A stretch of 34,092 nt of DNA from a virus (taxonomy: Duplodnaviria > Caudoviricetes). The position numbers and the translations under genes were made by a program. The stretch lies in IMG/VR virus record IMGVR_UViG_3300034965_000059, positions 1 to 34,092 of that record, one strand, 5' to 3'. The notes under the pieces are model-generated. The model was not told the origin of the DNA. It did no database searches and worked only from the letters and a program-made list of their open reading frames with translations. Positions 10,204 to 20,879 of this stretch are shown piece by piece. Each line of letters opens with the position of its first letter. The first letter of the stretch is position 1.

Positions 10204-13200
10204 GCCAAAGTCTTACATTATCCTTTTCGGGGATCTTCACTAGCCTCTCAGACTATCAAGGATTGCCTCCTGGAGCCTGCAACATCGCGGACAATGTTGA
10301 GTCACGATATAAAAATGTAGCAGAGCCGAGACGCGGTTTTGAGACACTGCCCAACTCAGCCATGAGTGGCGTTTATTTAAAACGAATTTCAAATTTTCCG
10401 ATTGCTGGAGTCGATCGAGTGGTGGGGCTCACAAGTCAAAATAACCTGGTCTATTATAGTGGGGCTAATCCCTGGCCGGCTATCCCAGGTGATGTGGTCA
10501 CAAATATTTTGCCACCGGATCCCATCAATGGAAAATCCAGGTTCATTTCTGCTGGCCAAAATTTATATGTGACCGCTCAGGACGGAATCAGAAGCTTATC
10601 GTCGGGGCCTGCCTCAACTATGCTTAGGGCAGGGGTGCCAAAGGGCTTGGATTTGAGCGCTGAAACCAACGGCGACTTGGACGGTTTTTTTGGAACAAAC
10701 GTTGTCACGTCAACCACTGGAAAGATTGCATCAGGTGTTGCAACCATTACCAACTTGAATGACACGAGCGGGATTGAGGTCGGGCAATACGTCACAGGCA
10801 TTGAAATCCCGGCTACCAGGGTCATTCAAGACATCACGTACAATTCACAGCTTTTCGGTGTTCTGGGCAACGCTATCTCCATTGCGTATGCCACCGGAGG
10901 GGTGGCTGGCTCGGAAATAGTGACGGTAGTTGGGAACGCAATTACCGTCACTATGCAAACAGGAGTATCTACAGCAACTCAGATTTCCACCAAAATCCTT
11001 GCAAGTCCCGCAGCAGTCGCCTTAGTGGGTCTGGTCATTAGTGGGACAGCAGGCACTGCGCAAACTGCCGTGGGTGCAACGCTCCTAACCGGAGGCTTGG
11101 ACAATTCAATTCCTGAAGGAACTAAAGTTTCATCGGTCGATACTTCCGAATCCATTATTATTCAAACAGGCACGACCACTGCGGGAAGTGCAACCGTTTC
11201 AGCCTTGGCTAGCTCTACAGGTGTTGTTGCCGGAGTCCTAGTCACAGGAGCAGGCATTCCAGACGGTGCGAAAGTAGTTAGCATTTCGGGTGCGGGCCCT
11301 TATTCAATTTCTTTGGATACAGCGGCAATCCAAACGGCGACAGGGGTGAGTTTGACCTTCTCCACTCCTGTCGTCATCAACCTTGATCAGAATGCGGTCT
11401 CAACTCTTACCTCCACTGTAGTGATCTTTTATCGTGGGAGCCAGGTAGCCTACCGCATGGTTTTTGGACGCGTGGAAAATGACATCGATGGTGGATCCGT
11501 GACTCGACTCAGTGCCCCAAGCACTCAGGCGATTGTAACCAATGGAGCCTATCCAACGAATGTAACAGTGATCGGGACCTTGCCCAAGAATGCCTCGAAC
11601 GAGATCACATTCGTTCAACTTTACCGGAGTGCCCAGACTGCGGACGTGGACATAACACCACTCGACCAATACTCCCTCGTGTATGAGAGAAAATTGGTCG
11701 CCAGTGATTTTATATCTCGAAGAGTTACTATTTTAGACGAGGTTCCTGATTCACTAATGGGTATCTCATTGTACACCGGTAGTGACCAAGAGGGTATTTC
11801 TCAGGCAAATTTCCCTCCTCCAATGGCTTGGGATGTTTGCAAATTCCGGGACTTTATTTTATACGGCAATGTGACAAGACCCAGCACGTTAAGCTTCACA
11901 ATTCTTTCGGTGAGTGGAGCTAGTGGAATTCAGATAGGTGACACAATTACAATTTCCGGAAGTTTTTTGGGAGTTGGGTTTTCAGAAGTCTACACGGCGA
12001 GTGCCGCTGAAAATCTCGCCTCAAAACAATTCAAAATTTACACTTCAGGGACAACGAGTCAAAATATCTCAGACACGGCCGACTCTCTGATTCGAGTTAT
12101 TAATTATGATGAGGATCTTCCCATTCACGCTGTTCTTATTTCCACAGAATCGGACCTCCCAGGTCAGATAAATCTAGAGAGTGACAACCCAAGTTATGAC
12201 ATATTCACAATCACGGCGAGTGCTCATGTTGATGCCTATGATCCTAGCCTTGATGATCTTGATTCCGATATTAATACGACTCGAAACGGAATATGCATCA
12301 GCAAATCAGGAGAATTAGAGGCAGTTCCTGCATTGAATATTTTAAATGCCGGTGATTCAAGTTCCGATGTCTTGCGGCTCATTCCACTTCGAGATTATGT
12401 CATTGTTTTAAAGACGGATGGGATTTACAAGATCCAAGGGTTGACGCCATCTGGCTTGGTGGTCAACCCATTTGACCTCACCACAAAAATTATCGGAGCT
12501 GACACGGCCGTGAGTTTGAACTCCGGTGTGTGGATGCTTTCCAATCAAGGTGTTGTGTCTATTTCGGACGGTGGGGTGGACGCCAAGAGCGTTCCTATTG
12601 ATGACCAATTGAATCGACGGATTGGGAGCTACATCGACAACCTCATCAACTGTTCTTTCGCCATAGGGTACGAGAGCGATCGAAAATACATTCTCTCAGT
12701 GCCTGATTCGGACAATGAATATTCTGAGGTTCAATACTGTTTTAATTATGTCACGAGTGCTTGGACAACATGGTCGCGGAACTTTTATAGCGGATTCATT
12801 CACTCGGAGGACGGGAAGCTCTATGTCGGCCGCGCTGACCCTTTGAATTTCGGGCTGTCGAAAGAACGAAAAACGGCAACCTATACCGACTACGTGGATG
12901 AGGCGGCGGCTAATGTGATTTCAGCGGTGGCGGGTACGGTTGTTACCCTGGATGATATCAGCGATGTCATTGCAGGAGATGTGCTCTACCAAAGCGCCAG
13001 TCTTTTCAGTCCGATCATTGCGGTTGATCTAGCGGCAAGCACCGCGACGGTACAGTACGCTGTGGGGTTCACGGCCGGGGCTGTATCGATCCTTAAGGCT
13101 TACGAATGCAACATTGAGTGGAAACAAGTGTTCGGAGACAATCCGGCATTCATGCGCCAATTCAGTGAGGGCATGTTCCTGTTCAAAAACACCCGGTTCA

Positions 13201-13478
13201 ATGCAGCCCGAGCGGGCTTCGTGACGGACTTTTCTCAAGCTTTAGAAAACGTCGATTTAGTAGGGTCTGGGACCGGCTTGTGGGGCCTATTCTCTTGGGG
13301 TGATCTGCCCTGGGGAGGAACCATCATCCCGTCGAAAATTCGGTTCTACATTCCTCAGAACAAACAAATTGCGACGTACTTAATTCCAAGCTTAAAGATT
13401 CAGCAGGGCTTCTCCGACTTCAAAGTGCTCGGCTTATCCATTAGCTACTATCCAATTTCACAGGAGTCCGGACTATGA
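10200..13478 (+). CDS. Tail nozzle / tubular-B-like protein with inserted beta domains
   Basis: N-terminal ADNV...PRRG motif, a propeller-like central region (VIVLKTDGIYKI, VWMLSNQGVVSI) and a C-terminal WG..WG..PWG motif. Confidence 0.68.
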   Translation: MSQSLTLSFSGIFTSLSDYQGLPPGACNIADNVESRYKNVAEPRRGFETLPNSAMSGVYLKRISNFPIAGVDRVVGLTSQNNLVYYSGANPWPAIPGDVVTNILPPDPINGKSRFISAGQNLYVTAQDGIRSLSSGPASTMLRAGVPKGLDLSAETNGDLDGFFGTNVVTSTTGKIASGVATITNLNDTSGIEVGQYVTGIEIPATRVIQDITYNSQLFGVLGNAISIAYATGGVAGSEIVTVVGNAITVTMQTGVSTATQISTKILASPAAVALVGLVISGTAGTAQTAVGATLLTGGLDNSIPEGTKVSSVDTSESIIIQTGTTTAGSATVSALASSTGVVAGVLVTGAGIPDGAKVVSISGAGPYSISLDTAAIQTATGVSLTFSTPVVINLDQNAVSTLTSTVVIFYRGSQVAYRMVFGRVENDIDGGSVTRLSAPSTQAIVTNGAYPTNVTVIGTLPKNASNEITFVQLYRSAQTADVDITPLDQYSLVYERKLVASDFISRRVTILDEVPDSLMGISLYTGSDQEGISQANFPPPMAWDVCKFRDFILYGNVTRPSTLSFTILSVSGASGIQIGDTITISGSFLGVGFSEVYTASAAENLASKQFKIYTSGTTSQNISDTADSLIRVINYDEDLPIHAVLISTESDLPGQINLESDNPSYDIFTITASAHVDAYDPSLDDLDSDINTTRNGICISKSGELEAVPALNILNAGDSSSDVLRLIPLRDYVIVLKTDGIYKIQGLTPSGLVVNPFDLTTKIIGADTAVSLNSGVWMLSNQGVVSISDGGVDAKSVPIDDQLNRRIGSYIDNLINCSFAIGYESDRKYILSVPDSDNEYSEVQYCFNYVTSAWTTWSRNFYSGFIHSEDGKLYVGRADPLNFGLSKERKTATYTDYVDEAAANVISAVAGTVVTLDDISDVIAGDVLYQSASLFSPIIAVDLAASTATVQYAVGFTAGAVSILKAYECNIEWKQVFGDNPAFMRQFSEGMFLFKNTRFNAARAGFVTDFSQALENVDLVGSGTGLWGLFSWGDLPWGGTIIPSKIRFYIPQNKQIATYLIPSLKIQQGFSDFKVLGLSISYYPISQESGL

Positions 13479-13885
13479 AATTAGCTAGCGTGCCTTCGCT
13501 TAGGACGGAAGATTTCGGAGCTGACCAACAAACTTTGACCTCTAAACTTTTCGTACAGCTCAATCCCTTCATTCAAGCGGTCAATCAAGTGTTGCTCCAA
13601 AATGTAGATTTCACAGACAACATTAAGAGTGTCACGAAAGATTATAATATTACTACTTTCCAGCCATTTGATTTGACCTGGCCATTTAGTGGAATCAATC
13701 CGGCTGAGTTGAAAGTGATTAAGGCACTTAAAGGAACGGATCAAGTACCCACAATTTTGATGTGTGCTTGGAATTACGATTCGACCACAAAATTAATCAC
13801 GGTAAGCCGCATGGTTGAGTTGAACGACACTTCAATTTCTACTTTATCCGGACAATATATTTTCACAATCAGGGTTTCGATTTAG
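13475..13885 (+). CDS. Small tail-associated protein
   Basis: ATGA overlap with the nozzle gene, 136 aa. Confidence 0.6.
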   Translation: MKLASVPSLRTEDFGADQQTLTSKLFVQLNPFIQAVNQVLLQNVDFTDNIKSVTKDYNITTFQPFDLTWPFSGINPAELKVIKALKGTDQVPTILMCAWNYDSTTKLITVSRMVELNDTSISTLSGQYIFTIRVSI

Positions 13886-13895
13886 AGGAGATCAA

Positions 13896-15311
13896 ATGCC
13901 TTATTTTACAGACTACTTGAAGAAAGAAGATGAAGAAAACCCTTCACAGGTGCAGATCTCCGGAGCAAGCCCCACAACTGATTCCTCGGGTGCTCTTTCA
14001 CAGCAGAAGGGTGACAACAAGGGCTTAGTGACAGGTAGCGGATATCAGAACCTGGACAAGTATCTCACCACGAATCAACCTCAGGCTTTTGGTCAGCAAG
14101 TTTTGGGGAAAGTAGGCTCAGAGGTCGGAGCTGTCCAGCAAAACATTGGAAAAATTGAAGGCGCGAAATCTCAAATCGCGGAACAAAATAAAACTCCAGA
14201 GCAGGCCCAATTGAATGCCGCCATTGCTAACCCAACAGGTGCAAATGCCGAGACATGGCAGGCTTGGCAGAATCAGAAATATCAGGGGCCACAATCCACG
14301 GCCGATGTCGGTGCATATAATCAATTGGGATCCGCGACTCAGAAAGCTCAAACGAGTGCAAAACTTTTAGGAAATGAAGCAGGGCGGTTCACTCTCCTGG
14401 ACAGCTACTTTGGCAGGCCCAATTATAATTTCGGCGAAAAGAGTTTGGATAACTTGATGCTTCAAAATGCCGGTGTCGGGCGACAAGCTCAGGGCCTACA
14501 GAATCAAGTCACAGCACTCAAAACAGAAGGCCAGGAGGTCGGTAAAGGTCTCCAGAACACGATCACAGGAACCCAGGGGCAAGTAGCCGCAAGCCGAGCT
14601 GCAACCAGAGGGGCAATCGGGATAGGCGAAAATGGCGAGGTTTTAACCGGAGACAAGGCCGGAGCTATTGGTCAGCAATGGAGTGCAGTTGATCAGGCAC
14701 TTGCAAGTCAGAATGCGGCAAGACAGGCAGAGAACGCTTCTATTTCAAGTGGTTTATCGAACGGTATTTTGAGCCCTGAACAAATGGCAAAGTTCGGATT
14801 AACTGCCGGTGAGCAGACTTATAATATCAACCCAGGATCTTATTTCACAGCAGGTGCGGATCTTACAAAGAACCAAGTGATGACACCTGAGCAACAAGCA
14901 AGAATCCGTGCCCTAAGTTCTATGGCAGGCATCACTGATACTTATGCTACGGGTGATTTGTCTGCCAAGAGTGATCCTTATAGTTTCAACACAGCTCAAT
15001 TCAAAAATGATGTTGGCGGTGCTAAGTCTGCTTATGAGCGAGAATCCGATGCATTATTTAAACAAGTAGCTGATCAAGATGTACGTGACGATGGAGGCGA
15101 TCCAAACGTTGCAGACGATCCTTATCAATATGCTAACTATTTACGTGGTGTTGTAGGGGGTAATGATTACAACGGATTCGCATCCTCGGATGTTAATACT
15201 CAAAACGCTTTGAAAAAATACAACGCAGCAAAAGCAGCACTAGATTCAAAATATGGTGTTGGAAATAGTATAGGTCCAACAGGTCGAACAATGGGCGGCA
15301 TCAGGAGATAA
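13896..15311 (+). CDS. Putative ejection (internal virion) protein
   Basis: SD AGGAG. Q/A/G/N-rich and predicted helical. Lies in the ejection module position. Confidence 0.58.
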   Translation: MPYFTDYLKKEDEENPSQVQISGASPTTDSSGALSQQKGDNKGLVTGSGYQNLDKYLTTNQPQAFGQQVLGKVGSEVGAVQQNIGKIEGAKSQIAEQNKTPEQAQLNAAIANPTGANAETWQAWQNQKYQGPQSTADVGAYNQLGSATQKAQTSAKLLGNEAGRFTLLDSYFGRPNYNFGEKSLDNLMLQNAGVGRQAQGLQNQVTALKTEGQEVGKGLQNTITGTQGQVAASRAATRGAIGIGENGEVLTGDKAGAIGQQWSAVDQALASQNAARQAENASISSGLSNGILSPEQMAKFGLTAGEQTYNINPGSYFTAGADLTKNQVMTPEQQARIRALSSMAGITDTYATGDLSAKSDPYSFNTAQFKNDVGGAKSAYERESDALFKQVADQDVRDDGGDPNVADDPYQYANYLRGVVGGNDYNGFASSDVNTQNALKKYNAAKAALDSKYGVGNSIGPTGRTMGGIRR

Positions 15312-15312
15312 A

Positions 15313-16377
15313 ATGGATCCATTAACAGCTAGTTTAGCGGTCGGAGCAGTATCTGGTATTGGTAGTTACATTGCTAATCAATCCGCAAATGACAGGGCCA
15401 AGGCACTACAGGACAAGTCATTCCAACAATGGATAGCATTGAATGTCCCAGACCCAGCTGAGCAGAAAGTCGTCTTAGATAAATTTGTCTCGCAAGGAAC
15501 TTTGGATCCGAAGCTTCAATCAGCTATCGCACAAAATCCCAGCGAGTTCGAAAACATCGTAACCAACGCTACTCATAAAACGGCTCAGAATAGAGCGTTG
15601 AGTGAGCTTGAAAATGTAGGATACGAAGGAGGGTTACGACTCCAAGATAAGGCGGCCCTCCAAGAAGCTCAGATGCAGGGGCAACAACAAGACCGTGCAG
15701 CCAGAGATAATATCGGCGCTGAAATGGCACGTCGTGGAACGAGTGACAGCGGTTTCAATGTGGCCGCCCGTCTTCAAGGTCAGCAAGCCTCCGGCGACAG
15801 AAATGCTGTCAACTCGATGAAGGTTGCGGCCGGTGCCCAGGATCGTGCTCTCCAAGCCATTATGGGTGCAGGGACACTTGGAACGCAATACCGAACCCAA
15901 GAATTTGGCGAGCAAGCACAGAAAGCCGGTGCTGCGGATCGAATCGCTCAATTCAACACAGCAAATTTACGTGACGTGAACGCTGCCAATATCGGAGCTC
16001 AGAATCAAGCACAGGCGACTAATCTTTCGAACGCTCAACAGCTTGCAAATCAAAACACGTCGCTCGCTAATCAGCAGCAAATGTACAACAAGGGGCTCGC
16101 TCAACAACAGTTCGAGAATCAGGCGAAAAAGACGGCCGGTATGACAGGTCAGTATGGCCAGCAAGCGGGGCTTGCACAACAACAGGGCCAGCAAACTGCA
16201 AACCTCATTGGGAGCATTGGAGGAGCGGCATCGGGTGCGATTGGACAATATGGATATAACCAAGCAATGGCCAAGAATCAAACTCAGGCAGCTCAGACAC
16301 CACCTACTTATGCTCAATTAGATGACTATTTTGCGACCCAGAAAAAACGTGAACAAGCTGGGATGGGGAGTGCTTAA
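15313..16377 (+). CDS. Putative ejection/DNA pilot protein
   Basis: Hydrophobic Gly/Ala N-terminus (MDPLTASLAVGAVSGIG) and a Q/A/N-rich coiled coil. Confidence 0.65.
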   Translation: MDPLTASLAVGAVSGIGSYIANQSANDRAKALQDKSFQQWIALNVPDPAEQKVVLDKFVSQGTLDPKLQSAIAQNPSEFENIVTNATHKTAQNRALSELENVGYEGGLRLQDKAALQEAQMQGQQQDRAARDNIGAEMARRGTSDSGFNVAARLQGQQASGDRNAVNSMKVAAGAQDRALQAIMGAGTLGTQYRTQEFGEQAQKAGAADRIAQFNTANLRDVNAANIGAQNQAQATNLSNAQQLANQNTSLANQQQMYNKGLAQQQFENQAKKTAGMTGQYGQQAGLAQQQGQQTANLIGSIGGAASGAIGQYGYNQAMAKNQTQAAQTPPTYAQLDDYFATQKKREQAGMGSA

Positions 16378-17571
16378 ATGCGTTCAAATTATTTCAGTCA
16401 AGACAACGACGATTTTTTGAGTGATGAGGAAAGCCCTTACTCCACCATTTCCGACCGCGTCCCTCTTGAGGATGTTTCAGGGCTTTCGGAATCTAGAGAC
16501 CTGCTTGCAAACGGGGGTATATCTGCACCTCCCACCATTTCAAACTATGGGCCAAATCCCGCTGTAAAAGCCGCCATTGCCCAAAGAACACTTGCATCGA
16601 AACCTAGAACCCATCCACCGGAAGTTCCGAGACACGGAGAATATTCAACCGATCCAGAGATGCAGCAATACGAGGTACAGCAAGCAGAGGTCGATAAACA
16701 AAGACATGCGATGCTCGGTGCAAATCAGGCGCTTGCTATGGGACAGATCGGTGCACAGCTAGCGACTGGTGGACAAAGTGAATATAAAGATTCAGGAGCC
16801 TCAGCTCTTACCCAAAAAGCCGGAGCTGAAATGCTTAAGGGTAAAGAGGAGGACATGGATCGGCGGAAAAATATCATGAACGCGATTGAACAACGGAAAT
16901 CTCGAGAAGGTATTCGTTCGGAAAACGCTCAGAACAGAGCTGCTGCAATGCAGATGACTCAAAGCAATAAAATAGGAACCGATCAGGACAAAGCCTATAC
17001 AACGATGAGGCATGATCTTGAGTCCTTCCGAGGAAACCAAGCCGCCCAACAAGCAGCTCTCAAGATTCAAAACGCTGACACTGCTTTAGCAATTGTTAAG
17101 AACAAAGATCCCAACACTTTATCAACTCAAGATTTGAACTTACTCGCGAACGAAATGGGAAAACTAGCCTCTGGTGGCGTTCCTGGAGAGCACGGCGTTC
17201 AAGCGATGATGCCTAATAATCTTCAGACAAAATTAGCTGAAATGCAAAGCTTCATTTCAAGCAAACCGACCGACGCTCAAGCGGGTGAGTATATTAAAAG
17301 GAATATGGCTTACCTTGATGAAATGAAGCAGGTCGCTCAAGGAACTTTGAATTCTTACCGATCTAACATTGCCAAAGGTTATAAGAATCGTGTGAAACCT
17401 GAGGACTATGCCTCGGCCGCTACTGATTATGGATTTGGGGAAGCTACTGCCCATAAAATGACCGCAGGAGCTGAAAGCACTTTTCCAAAACAAGTGAGAA
17501 AAGACGGGCATGTGGCTACGGTGTCAACTCAAGCGGAATTTGATGAAGCCAGAAAAGAGGGCTTTCAATAA
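16378..17571 (+). CDS. Putative ejection protein
   Basis: 397 aa, helical, abutting both neighbours. Confidence 0.55.
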   Translation: MRSNYFSQDNDDFLSDEESPYSTISDRVPLEDVSGLSESRDLLANGGISAPPTISNYGPNPAVKAAIAQRTLASKPRTHPPEVPRHGEYSTDPEMQQYEVQQAEVDKQRHAMLGANQALAMGQIGAQLATGGQSEYKDSGASALTQKAGAEMLKGKEEDMDRRKNIMNAIEQRKSREGIRSENAQNRAAAMQMTQSNKIGTDQDKAYTTMRHDLESFRGNQAAQQAALKIQNADTALAIVKNKDPNTLSTQDLNLLANEMGKLASGGVPGEHGVQAMMPNNLQTKLAEMQSFISSKPTDAQAGEYIKRNMAYLDEMKQVAQGTLNSYRSNIAKGYKNRVKPEDYASAATDYGFGEATAHKMTAGAESTFPKQVRKDGHVATVSTQAEFDEARKEGFQ

Positions 17572-19694
17572 TGGGATGGCGCGACACGATCCAGAAAGAC
17601 ACTCAGGAAGCTCTTGCACCCACTCCCTCGTGGCGGGACACGATTAAACCCGAGGCACCCATTGAAGCCCCTTCTCTCGAAACGCGAGCTTTAGACAAAG
17701 CCAAAGAATTTGGACGTTCAACTATTGAGAATCTGCCTGCGCTCGGAGCGATGGCTGGGGGCACGATCGGTGGGGTAATGGGATCAGGCGCCGCCGGAAT
17801 AGGTGCAATTCCTGGTAGTGTAGCCGGTGCAGGTCTTGGAGGTTATGCGGGAGAAGCTACAAAAAATCTCATCAATACTTATATGCAACCTAAGCAAGCC
17901 CCAAAAGGAACCGAATATCTAACCCAACCATTGATAGCCGGTGGAGGAGCCGCAGCCGGAGAATTGCTGGGTCATGGGATCGGTGCAGGATTAGGAGCTG
18001 CCGCCAGAACGATTGGCCCAAAACTTACCCCGGTAAAGGAATTCATTAGTAACAAAATGGGTCAGGGTAGCGATTATCTCCTTAAGAAAACTGGAAAAGT
18101 TTTGAGCAATATTCCAGAGGAATATACCGGGGAATATTTGGCCAGAAAAGGGGAATTAAGCCCAAGAAGTTCTGAAGAAATAATGGACCAAATAAGTGGG
18201 ATACACGGTGAGCGTGCCCATGCAGTTGAACAAGCTGAAAAAGGTGTTGTGAGAAACAAGGAAAATGTTGCCCGAGTTGAACAAGATTTGAGTGAGCGCA
18301 TTGCCGATGCGAAATTCAAATCAGGAACTGAAATATCACGAGCAAGCGATGATTATCAAAATGCTGCGCGAGGAGTTCAGGAAAAACTGAAAGGCAAAAG
18401 TGCTGCAGGTCTAAGGGATGATGTCTTAGAATCTATTGATGCTTTGAAAGATAAGGTTACTGCAGGGAGTGCCGATGCGTATGCGATTTTAGGAGATTCT
18501 CAAGGATCTTTAAGCCTGGGCCCCGCTCTTCAAACTTTGGACAATGGAATGAACCAACTCCAAATTGGAGGCCAGGCTATTTCTGATTCAGCAGTCAGTA
18601 GCTTGAAAAATCTCTCCAACTTGAAAGGCAGGCTTTCAGAGTTGGGTGGGACAATTACCTACCCAGAGGTAAAGGGGATCCTTCAACAGTTGGACAAGGA
18701 TATCGACTATAAAGGTATTGCAGGGGAGTACTATCCCGAGGCCCAGGCTGTAAAACGACAGGTGAGACAAGCGTTGGATAGCGTCTTAAAGGCCAAAAAT
18801 CCAGATTACGCCAAAGCTATGGCTGGGGTCTCTGAAGACGCGGGCCTTTTGTCCGAACTTTCCAAAAGCTTTGGCACTGAATCAAAAGCTCTGGGAAAAT
18901 TGAATCAACTCAGCTCTGATAAGGGTCGTTTAATTGATTTGCCCTTACTTCAAAAATTAGGACAAAAAACAGGAAAAGATTTTACCCCTTCTATTGATGA
19001 ATACCTGGGAGCTCAGGATGTTTTAGGCAGCCCTAGTAAATTAAAAGCGCTCAAGGAATCGACCCCTGAATTTAAAAAATTACAAGACCTCGAAGAGAAG
19101 CGAAGCCTATTAATGGATCCTGCATCGAAGCGTGCCTTAGAAGCCCAGATCACAAGCGGGGCTGAGCGCCAAGGGCTAACGGAGGCCGAAAAGAAGCTTG
19201 CTGAATCAGAGGCAGCTTTTGAACCTGTTCGAAAATTTGGCCAAGGATCTGTGCAAGCCAAGATGAAAGCTTTGATAGGGGCGAGGAACTTTGATGCTAA
19301 AAAATTGTTCTCCGATTTAGATCAAGCAACCGGCAAGAAATTTTCCCAGGAAGTAAAAGATCGCGCAATCATGGATGCTTTCACAAAAGCAGATACACAA
19401 GGCAGCAGAAAAACACTTTTTGGGACTGCTGCTGGGAGTGCATTAGGTAGCCCTGTTGCGGGTGCTAGCATCGGGTTTACTTTGGATAAGTATTCAGGTC
19501 AGGTTGTAAAATCTCTCCTTGATGGAAAAATAGCTGCATCAAAAGCGAGAGAAATGTTAGGAAAAACGATGGGAAAATATGCCCCAGCTATTGTCACCGC
19601 AGCACAGCAAGGCCCTCATGCTATGGCAGTCGCAGGGACAATCCTCGCTAAAGACCCCGAATTTCAAAAAATGATTCAAAGGAATGCCCCGTGA
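17571..19694 (+). CDS. Large putative ejection protein
   Basis: Glycine-zipper segments (GAMAGGTIGG...GAGLGG), duplicated WRDTI N-terminal motif, coiled coils. Confidence 0.62.
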   Translation: MGWRDTIQKDTQEALAPTPSWRDTIKPEAPIEAPSLETRALDKAKEFGRSTIENLPALGAMAGGTIGGVMGSGAAGIGAIPGSVAGAGLGGYAGEATKNLINTYMQPKQAPKGTEYLTQPLIAGGGAAAGELLGHGIGAGLGAAARTIGPKLTPVKEFISNKMGQGSDYLLKKTGKVLSNIPEEYTGEYLARKGELSPRSSEEIMDQISGIHGERAHAVEQAEKGVVRNKENVARVEQDLSERIADAKFKSGTEISRASDDYQNAARGVQEKLKGKSAAGLRDDVLESIDALKDKVTAGSADAYAILGDSQGSLSLGPALQTLDNGMNQLQIGGQAISDSAVSSLKNLSNLKGRLSELGGTITYPEVKGILQQLDKDIDYKGIAGEYYPEAQAVKRQVRQALDSVLKAKNPDYAKAMAGVSEDAGLLSELSKSFGTESKALGKLNQLSSDKGRLIDLPLLQKLGQKTGKDFTPSIDEYLGAQDVLGSPSKLKALKESTPEFKKLQDLEEKRSLLMDPASKRALEAQITSGAERQGLTEAEKKLAESEAAFEPVRKFGQGSVQAKMKALIGARNFDAKKLFSDLDQATGKKFSQEVKDRAIMDAFTKADTQGSRKTLFGTAAGSALGSPVAGASIGFTLDKYSGQVVKSLLDGKIAASKAREMLGKTMGKYAPAIVTAAQQGPHAMAVAGTILAKDPEFQKMIQRNAP

Positions 19695-19795
19695 GCGACG
19701 AAACAAAAGATACCCAAGATTCTGACGATAAACGTCAACTTGTGTTCGTGTGGACAGAAGACCCGGAACTTCGTAAAAGGAGGGTAGGAGAGTGA
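19691..19795 (+). CDS. Small hypothetical protein (34 aa)
   Basis: GTGA overlap with the previous stop. Manual translation MSDETKDTQDSDDKRQLVFVWTEDPELRKRRVGE. Confidence 0.35.
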   Translation: MSDETKDTQDSDDKRQLVFVWTEDPELRKRRVGE

Positions 19796-19802
19796 AATCC
19801 CT

Positions 19803-19943
19803 ATGGACATGTTTTTTAAAATTCTTGCCATTATTTTGACTCTAGGTTCTGGAATCCTTATTTTTGGATCCATGTTTATCAATCGAAAATCCCCCCTCCA
19901 AGACTCTTTCAATAAATCTTATCAAGACACGAATATTTATTAA
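19803..19943 (+). CDS. Small membrane protein (46 aa)
   Basis: Manual translation MDMFFKILAIILTLGSGILIFGSMFINRK..., one TM segment, AGGAG upstream. Confidence 0.5.
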   Translation: MDMFFKILAIILTLGSGILIFGSMFINRKSPLQDSFNKSYQDTNIY

Positions 19944-19951
19944 AATATTCA

Positions 19952-19980
19952 TTGACTACTAAATAAATAATATTCACAAT
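19952..19980 (+). promoter_or_regulatory. Promoter for the lysis cassette (possibly leaderless)
   Basis: TTGACT, 17-bp spacer, CACAAT. The ATG at 19987 lies 7 nt downstream. Confidence 0.45.
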
Positions 19981-19986
19981 TAACGC

Positions 19987-20334
19987 ATGTCAATCGTAAA
20001 TCCAAAAAACCGTACGGTTAAACGCCGTGACGTGGGTATTGCTGCGGGAGTTGTGGTCATTTCACAGCTGATTTCCGGTGTTAATTCCACACAAAATGCT
20101 ACCAATACCTTGGAAAAGTTCAAGGATGAACTGAATCGTATTTCAGTGGAGAGGGAGCAATATTTTGTTAGGAAGGTGGATATTGTGCCCATGAACACGA
20201 AATTAGATATGGTCAATGAGCAATTAATAAGACTGACTGAACAAGTCGCCTCTCTAAAAAACTATGTCAAACAGAATTATGTGGGCTTAGTGATTGAGCC
20301 TATCGAATCACCGATCAGGAAGGTGAAGCTATGA
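19987..20334 (+). CDS. Hypothetical membrane/coiled-coil protein of the lysis region
   Basis: Hydrophobic segment followed by a coiled coil. Overlaps the endolysin start. Confidence 0.6.
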   Translation: MSIVNPKNRTVKRRDVGIAAGVVVISQLISGVNSTQNATNTLEKFKDELNRISVEREQYFVRKVDIVPMNTKLDMVNEQLIRLTEQVASLKNYVKQNYVGLVIEPIESPIRKVKL

Positions 20335-20867
20335 GCTTGGATGCAGCCACCGAAAAGAGATTGAAATTAGTGGTGCCAGAGATCGCTATCCTCTGGAGGC
20401 GTGTTGCTGACACGATGTGGGCTATTCACAAAGTCCAATTGAAGGTGGCCTGTGGCTACCGATCATTCGCTGAGCAATGGAAAGTCTATGGCCAGGGGCG
20501 AGTGAAAGATAGGGCAGGCAATTGGATCATTTGCGACATTAGACAAGTGGTCTCCTATGCCCTTCCAGGGCAGTCATACCACCAGTATGGCTTGGGAATT
20601 GACAGCTGTTTTGCGGGAGCCGATCCTTACTTAGAACGAATCAATAAAAAGGACGCGGCGTTGTTGTGGGCTGAGTACGGACGGATATGCAAGGCACAGG
20701 GGCTCGAGTGGGGCGGGGACTGGAAACATCCGGACAGACCTCATTGCCAGCTAACGTTCGATCTCAGCCTCAACGATCTCCAAATCATCTATGAGAATTC
20801 CGGAATCAATGGGGTGTTCAGTCGGTGCAGTGCAATTGCTAAGTGCGGTAGCGAAGTCCTAACGTAA
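20331..20867 (+). CDS. Endolysin, M15-family L-Ala-D-Glu peptidase
   Basis: GYRS..EQ...Y.QGR, SYHQYGLGID and LEWGGDW...DRPHCQ motifs. Confidence 0.92.
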   Translation: MSLDAATEKRLKLVVPEIAILWRRVADTMWAIHKVQLKVACGYRSFAEQWKVYGQGRVKDRAGNWIICDIRQVVSYALPGQSYHQYGLGIDSCFAGADPYLERINKKDAALLWAEYGRICKAQGLEWGGDWKHPDRPHCQLTFDLSLNDLQIIYENSGINGVFSRCSAIAKCGSEVLT

Positions 20868-20879
20868 AACAAGGAGAGA

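Noticed and set aside
257-19912. Short minus-strand and alternate-frame ORFs in the virion module
   Set aside because: They are shadow ORFs of long plus-strand genes, with no motifs.
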